In this document: positions 58,472 through 64,000 of the stretch, piece after piece | Layout of the letters: each line of letters starts with the position of its first letter | How positions within the stretch are numbered: the stretch's first letter is position 1 | NCBI GenBank assembly: GCA_965116925.1 | Contig: OZ220744.1 | Span: forward strand, 448,001 to 512,000 | Reading direction: 5' to 3' | DNA length: 64,000 nt | DNA from: Candidatus Poribacteria bacterium | GTDB taxonomy: Bacteria > Poribacteria > WGA-4E > PCPOR2b | Made by a program: the position numbers and the translations under genes | Notes under the pieces: model-generated | Told to the model about the DNA's origin: nothing | Database searches by the model: none | What the model saw: the letters and a program-made list of their open reading frames with translations, nothing else

Positions 58472-60607
58472 ATGGCAAATTGGAGTGAGTATATTGCGAG
58501 CACGCTGGATCGCCTGTCAGGCAAGCAAAAGACTTCAACACTTCCGCAAATCAGTCTGCAACCGCCCGAAACTTCTGAGGAGATCGCTATCTATGAAGGA
58601 AGGGAAACACGGCGTGAAAAGCAGGTTAAAGAACGCTTGTCGTATCAACTGTTTGAGAAAATGAGACGGCGCACCTTCAGTTGGAAATCGTATTACTACT
58701 ACGATGCGTATGATATTCCACGGATTGCAATTACAAACGAAAACGCAACGGGAACACATATTATCGAACGCCGTCACTTCCTTCCAGAGGACCGGATCAT
58801 CGAAGCGAACTTTTATACGAATTCCAATACTTCTGCCATCCTTATTGATGCTAATGATCTAGCACGCGTGAGTCAGGAATTGTTTGATCAACTCAACACT
58901 AGATCTATCAATTTCCAAATTTATAACCAGACCTATCCTTTGGAAATCTGGTTTGATAGTAATCAGAAGCAGGCCAACAAGTTTTTTCCGCTTGGTCAGC
59001 ATAAAATCTGTATAGTCGATCAACGAGCATACCTGCTGCGCCCGTTCCGGAATCTGGGTGCCGATGGGTTTACCGCTCTGTCGAATCGATTACTCGCACA
59101 AGAAGGTATCGCGGTCGATCCGAAAAGCACTATCGAATCATTGCTGATTGAGCTCGGTAGTGAGGAGCTGCTATACCACTACCAAGACGCTCTCAATCTA
59201 TATCACCAAAAAACTTCAAGGCGCCGATCTGCCGGTTCGTACGAAGATGAAGAGCAGCCCTTAATTATCACGAAAACGCGCCAACGTGGGCGTAGAGGAG
59301 ATGTGAGTCACCATTCCACTGTCGATAAAAACCGCCCTGACCCGATGCCGGATGAAATGTATGAGATGCTAGCCTTCGCTTTTGAGAAAAATTTTCCAGA
59401 AATTGAAGAGGATTTGATGCACATCAGTCTAGCAGCGTTGAGTTTGGATCGAGGAGCAGTCACTGATGGTTGTGCAATTTTGAGGGATAAGCTGTGCTCC
59501 TATACAGAGGCATCGGTGCTAGAAGAACATCAACTTGAATATCTCTATCAGTTCGTACAAAGGCTACTAGATGAAGAAGAGGAACAAGAAGAAGAGGTAT
59601 ACTCGCCCCTCGAAGATCAAGCGTATGAAGAAATCCTCGTCGAGTTGTTGGAGGGAATCCGTGACATTACAACAGATTTTCGCTACCTCCACTATCCCCC
59701 CATTACTACCCAAGTCGATTTGCTTCAAGAATCTGTCCAATCACTTTCACAAGCGTTCGAGGATGCCGAAGATAAACAACGCCGTCGTGAAATCAGCGAC
59801 AAACGTGAGATCCTGACGAAGAAAGCGTTTGAAGTTCCTAACCCCCGTACCTACACCCTTGATAGCACAAAGGAAAAAATTAGCTTTTACGGGCGGTTGT
59901 TGGAGATCCAGAAAACTGTTCACGATGTTCAAGAGCAAGCTAGCAATTCCGCTCATGATGTTGCTTTTAGTTTGGCAAAGTCTGCTTACATTTTAGTTCA
60001 ACTTCATTTGAAAGAGTTTCCAGATCTGCGCGATATTTCTAATCAACTGATCGAACTGATGCAGCGGGAATCGGACGACAATTATAAGGAATTTGAGCTT
60101 GAATTCACCAAAACGCTTGTGCAGCTTGCTACTACCCTCCATGAGAACATCAAAATCGCTCTATCGAACCAGCTAATGAAGATAACAAGCAAGTTGGAAA
60201 AGCTTTGTACCGCTAACGAACAATTCAACGAAAACAATTGGAATACAGTTTATACAGAGTTTGTCCATAGCGAGGTCGCAGCGTTTAATGATAAGGCGCG
60301 TGAGTCTGCAATTGAGAAATATGATCAAATTGCCGAACAAATTGATTACCAACTGGAGTTGATTGAAATTTTTATCAGCGGTATTAATGTTCCCGCATTG
60401 TTACCAGCACAATTGCACGAATCAGGAAAAGGGTTGCAGACCTTCCTCGTGGAACAACTGAAGAAATACTTGAACACACAAAACCTGCAACTTCAGAGTG
60501 TCCCAGGGCGTGAACATCAACTCAGATCGCTCATTAATGAGTTGATGCCTATGCAATTGGATACTCCACTTGAGCAATTGGAGTATTTTTTTAGAAGCAC
60601 TGCTTAA
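58472..60607 (+). CDS. Hypothetical acidic, largely helical protein
   Basis: 711-aa ORF, AAGGAG RBS, poly-Glu tract, no recognised family. Confidence 0.8.
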   Translation: MANWSEYIASTLDRLSGKQKTSTLPQISLQPPETSEEIAIYEGRETRREKQVKERLSYQLFEKMRRRTFSWKSYYYYDAYDIPRIAITNENATGTHIIERRHFLPEDRIIEANFYTNSNTSAILIDANDLARVSQELFDQLNTRSINFQIYNQTYPLEIWFDSNQKQANKFFPLGQHKICIVDQRAYLLRPFRNLGADGFTALSNRLLAQEGIAVDPKSTIESLLIELGSEELLYHYQDALNLYHQKTSRRRSAGSYEDEEQPLIITKTRQRGRRGDVSHHSTVDKNRPDPMPDEMYEMLAFAFEKNFPEIEEDLMHISLAALSLDRGAVTDGCAILRDKLCSYTEASVLEEHQLEYLYQFVQRLLDEEEEQEEEVYSPLEDQAYEEILVELLEGIRDITTDFRYLHYPPITTQVDLLQESVQSLSQAFEDAEDKQRRREISDKREILTKKAFEVPNPRTYTLDSTKEKISFYGRLLEIQKTVHDVQEQASNSAHDVAFSLAKSAYILVQLHLKEFPDLRDISNQLIELMQRESDDNYKEFELEFTKTLVQLATTLHENIKIALSNQLMKITSKLEKLCTANEQFNENNWNTVYTEFVHSEVAAFNDKARESAIEKYDQIAEQIDYQLELIEIFISGINVPALLPAQLHESGKGLQTFLVEQLKKYLNTQNLQLQSVPGREHQLRSLINELMPMQLDTPLEQLEYFFRSTA

Positions 60608-60786
60608 CCTCCATACCTAAAAAAAATAGCAAAAACTTCAAAAAAAGAACCAAAAGTGTGAAACGCAATCTGTTTTCTTTGCGTTTGATATGCGGATAGG
60701 GTCTATTATGGGCTCTTAAGGAGTTAATGAATGGAATAACAGCTCGATTTTAATCCCCCGCCCTTACTTTAACTACTTGGAGGATC

Positions 60787-62277
60787 ATGGACTTGTTACC
60801 GAAGAAATTAGAAACCTACCCCGTTAAGCCATACTTCTCTGAACAGCAGGAGCTAAATGAACGTTTGAGTGAGATTCTCCCGCCCTATATATCGGAAACA
60901 CCTCTCACTGCGCGAGGGAAGCGTCTGTTTCGGATCTTTGCCCGAATCACACTGATCATTTGTCTTCTATCTTTTTTGACACTGTGTGGATTCTTAGCGC
61001 ATCGCGCGGTGAAGGAGAAAGATACGTTCTGGTACTACCTCACAAAAAATCACAGCATTGTCCTCACCCTGACGCAAGGGAAGAAAGTACAGGACACCGC
61101 AACCTATGGTGTTCTGGAAACACTCACAACCTCCGGTAAAACAATGGAAGAGCGGCTGATTCAACTTCAGCTAGACGGATATACCCAAAGCACCGCGCAA
61201 CAAATTCCTATCATTTACGACCTAGGGGCGCAGGCGAATCACAAGAAGATCTACGAACAAGCAATTCAACCGGCGTTTGAACAAGCCTATCGAATTTGTA
61301 ACAATTTTAATCAGAAAACTGAGCAAGAAGTATACGGGATTACCACGAATGAACTGATATATCAAAAAGGATTGAGTGTCCCCGGATACAATCCGAAGGC
61401 ATTGGAACAGGTGTTATTTAATGCACGACGTTACTTCCCATTCGCGCTAATTGCCGGACGAGTTGCTGACATAGACCCATTGCTTCTGCTGAAGATTTTT
61501 GAAATTGAGACCCAATTTAATGAAATCCTGGTAGGTCCCAGTCAAACCGAAGATGGCGAAGATGATATTGGCATTGCTCAGAATAATCTTGCCGTTTTAC
61601 CTAACCTGATTCGTCATATCCTAGATCCGAGTATGCCAGCATACTCTCCCTTTTTTGAATTTCTCAGTCCTGGAGAGGAGTGGGAAACGGGAAAACAACT
61701 CACTTGGAATGAGTATTTGCCCCTATTAGAAGAAGAGCTAGCAGGGACCTACGATCATCAAAAAAATTCGACGGGCAAATATTACACGAATCTTCTGAAA
61801 GCTCCTCATATCGGCGCGCTCTTGGCAGCCTACCACATAAAACGTGATAAGACCTATCGTTTCGACGAATGTTTGGATTTTTACAGGAAAAATGCCAAAG
61901 CTCTCAAAGTTGAGCTCGATCTTAAGCAAGATCTACAGCCGTATCATTGGGCGTATTATACCTTTTACAACGGCGGGCCCAAGCGCTGGCATGTGATGAG
62001 AACATATTTGGAGATGCGCCAAAATCAAGAGTTGATTCCACCTGAGCTTCAGGAAGCTGTGGATACTATAAAGCGGCGTAACATGCAGGCACAACGGATT
62101 GGGGCTAAAAATCAATATCTGAAAAATCTCGCGTTCGACCACACTGAAGGCAAGATCGTTCAAAATGATGGACTGCTTGATTATGGTCTGTACGATTTCT
62201 CGCCAAATTTCAAACCTCGAGAGCTGATGTCTGGGCTTCCTCCCAACCTCGCTATGGCAAAAAAGATTGACGATTAG
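60787..62277 (+). CDS. Membrane-anchored protein with divergent lytic transglycosylase (SLT)-like domain
   Basis: TM helix near N-terminus; IDPLLLLKIFEIETQFN, DIGIAQ, YNGGP correspond to SLT motifs ES, GLMQ, YNAG. Confidence 0.6.
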   Translation: MDLLPKKLETYPVKPYFSEQQELNERLSEILPPYISETPLTARGKRLFRIFARITLIICLLSFLTLCGFLAHRAVKEKDTFWYYLTKNHSIVLTLTQGKKVQDTATYGVLETLTTSGKTMEERLIQLQLDGYTQSTAQQIPIIYDLGAQANHKKIYEQAIQPAFEQAYRICNNFNQKTEQEVYGITTNELIYQKGLSVPGYNPKALEQVLFNARRYFPFALIAGRVADIDPLLLLKIFEIETQFNEILVGPSQTEDGEDDIGIAQNNLAVLPNLIRHILDPSMPAYSPFFEFLSPGEEWETGKQLTWNEYLPLLEEELAGTYDHQKNSTGKYYTNLLKAPHIGALLAAYHIKRDKTYRFDECLDFYRKNAKALKVELDLKQDLQPYHWAYYTFYNGGPKRWHVMRTYLEMRQNQELIPPELQEAVDTIKRRNMQAQRIGAKNQYLKNLAFDHTEGKIVQNDGLLDYGLYDFSPNFKPRELMSGLPPNLAMAKKIDD

Positions 62278-62337
62278 TGCAGATGGATAGGCTTGTTGAG
62301 GATACTCCTTCCCCTCTGCAAGCCCGCTTAAATATCT

Positions 62338-64000
62338 ATGCTAAGAAAATACGATTTAACGCCCTCTGTCCTACTGCTCCTCCTACCAATTATTTTCTTT
62401 TTCTTCGTCTTTCTGATATACCCTCTCCTGTACATTTTCAAAGAATCTTTTTGGATTAACAACCGTCTGAGCATTGAGTATTTCAAGCTGATGGTTACGG
62501 ATGAAAGTATCCGGAAGTTGGTCGTCAATAGTTTCAATATGGGTATTGTGGTAACACTGACGACAACACTGATCACCCTGCCACTCGCCTATTTTCTCAC
62601 CCGTTACCGTTTCCCCGGACGTAACCTTCTACAAGGGGTTATCCTGATTCCGATTATCATGCCACCTTTCGTTGGAGCGATAGGTATGAAGCAGCTTTTC
62701 GGTCTGTACGGTAGCGTGAACATTTTTTTCAGCAAGATTGGGCTGATCGATTTGGCATCACCAATCGATTGGTTCGGTAGCGGTTTTTGGGGAGTGATTC
62801 TGCTGTCCACTTTGCATCTCTATCCGATAATGTATCTCAACGTCGTCGCGACACTGGCAAATGTAGACCCCAGTTTAGAGGAAGCAGCAGAAAACATGGG
62901 GGCATCACGCTTTACGCTTTTCCGGACGGTAACGCTTCCGCTCATGCTCCCCGGATATTTCGCCGGTGCCATTCTCGTGTTTATTTGGGCATTCACTGAT
63001 TTGGGTACACCGCTGATTTTCAACTATAATGAAGTTATAGCTGTCCGAATCTTTCGCCAAGTTACCGATGCCAACGTCAACCCGATGGGGTATGCACTGG
63101 TCGTCTTGATTATTGTGCTGACCGCCCTCGCATTTTACATCTCTAAGCGTTGGACTGGCACCGGACGGTATGAGATGCTCGGACGCGGGCATGTCGGTTC
63201 ACGTGAGATTCAAGCAAATCGCTGGATGTGTACCATTATCTATTGCTTCGTGGGATTCATTGTATTCATGGCGCTCTTGCCGCATATCAGTATCATCTTG
63301 ACATCGTTGACCCCTGACGCGAGTCAATGGCGCCTGAGTGTGCTGCCTCAGAGTTATACGCTGCAGCATTATTCAGAGGTTTTTAGCCATGAGAGCAAGC
63401 TGGAAGACACGCTGCTAAGTATCAAGAATAGTTTATTTTACAGTGTGTTCAGCACGCTGCTCGCGTTTCTCCTCGGAATTATACTCTCGTACCTTCTCAC
63501 CCGAAGGCGTATTCCCTTCAAGAACCTGCTCGATGCCATCGCCATGTTACCTTTAGCCCTGCCCGGTGTTGCACTCGCTTTTGGCTATGTGGGTAGTTTT
63601 GCGGATACGACGCTTTTACTCCGTCACTTGCCCCAGTCCATCGTATCCATCTTAGATCCTCGACAAAATCCGATTGTACTGCTAATCGTCAGTTACGCGG
63701 TGAGGCGTTTACCGTATATGCTTCGATCAATTTATGCGGGGCTTCAGCAGACTAGTGTTACATTGGAAGAGGCATCACAGAATCTTGGTGCTAACTCGGT
63801 ACGAACGTTGTACAAAATTACACTGCCCCTTGTAATTGCCAATATCATCGCCGGCTCAATTCTCGTGTTCTCGTTCTCGATGCTGGAAGTTGCTGACAGC
63901 TTGATCCTTGCGATGCGGGACCAGTATAATCCGATCACCAAAGCGATTTGGAATCTGTCCCAACGTCCAGTTGGCGGGGCGTATATTGCTTGTGCATTGG
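62338..64000 (+). CDS. Fe(III)/thiamine-type ABC transporter permease (FbpB-like), runs off window
   Basis: MLRKYDL...PPFVGAIG, two EAA loops (LEEAAENMGAS, LEEASQNLGAN); absent from the ORF track because it has no stop in the window. Confidence 0.88.
   Translation, partial: MLRKYDLTPSVLLLLLPIIFFFFVFLIYPLLYIFKESFWINNRLSIEYFKLMVTDESIRKLVVNSFNMGIVVTLTTTLITLPLAYFLTRYRFPGRNLLQGVILIPIIMPPFVGAIGMKQLFGLYGSVNIFFSKIGLIDLASPIDWFGSGFWGVILLSTLHLYPIMYLNVVATLANVDPSLEEAAENMGASRFTLFRTVTLPLMLPGYFAGAILVFIWAFTDLGTPLIFNYNEVIAVRIFRQVTDANVNPMGYALVVLIIVLTALAFYISKRWTGTGRYEMLGRGHVGSREIQANRWMCTIIYCFVGFIVFMALLPHISIILTSLTPDASQWRLSVLPQSYTLQHYSEVFSHESKLEDTLLSIKNSLFYSVFSTLLAFLLGIILSYLLTRRRIPFKNLLDAIAMLPLALPGVALAFGYVGSFADTTLLLRHLPQSIVSILDPRQNPIVLLIVSYAVRRLPYMLRSIYAGLQQTSVTLEEASQNLGANSVRTLYKITLPLVIANIIAGSILVFSFSMLEVADSLILAMRDQYNPITKAIWNLSQRPVGGAYIACAL

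Noticed and set aside
62277..62459. 60-aa ORF
   Set aside because: Out-of-frame shadow of the ABC permease starting at 62338
319..63941. Many short antisense or overlapping ORFs in the track (e.g. 6037-6579, 20413-20964, 43956-44561)
   Set aside because: They lie opposite or within well-supported genes and show no recognisable motifs
1..64000. CRISPR array, rRNA, transposase, integrase or reverse transcriptase
   Set aside because: No regularly spaced repeats or recognisable motifs; repeats are dispersed inverted-repeat elements

Overview
Bacterial chromosomal window, probably Candidatus Poribacteria (inferred from a NYPNPFNPETWIPY...WDGRN...RKMLILK C-terminal module and the catabolic gene repertoire). 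In order: the 3' end of a heme-copper oxidase operon (heme o synthase, a 36-aa membrane peptide missed by the ORF track, two subunit III genes, subunit IV, SCO); an Sdh1/type-F-like succinate dehydrogenase and fumC; an unusual ~9 kb cluster in which four proteins (tandem-USP/rubredoxin protein, Zn-ribbon protein, radical SAM/SPASM enzyme, small coiled-coil protein) carry six PCP_red-like (BchB/ChlB C-terminal) modules alongside an Mrp/NBP35 ATPase, a USP and a CopD-like membrane protein, interrupted by a methyltransferase + PD-(D/E)XK nuclease pair; a BrxF-like orphan, TPR and cold-shock genes; an AapJQMP-type ABC transporter; a tRNA-Pro-hom-thrC-lysC-yceD-rpmF-fabHDG-acpP-fabF gene run; a catabolic region (enolase-superfamily enzymes, DUF3604, PhyH, sarcosine-oxidase-like BDAG, acyl-CoA synthetase); a three-subunit molybdenum hydroxylase; three orphan ORFs, one with transglycosylase-like motifs; and a partial Fe(III)-type ABC permease. 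Intergenic DNA holds at least five families of small inverted-repeat elements built around GTAG-type hairpins. One family sits repeatedly 17-18 bp upstream of sigma70 -35 boxes, and one copy carries another element nested in its terminal repeat. No CRISPR array, rRNA or transposase was seen. All family calls come from motif recognition by eye; no searches were run.
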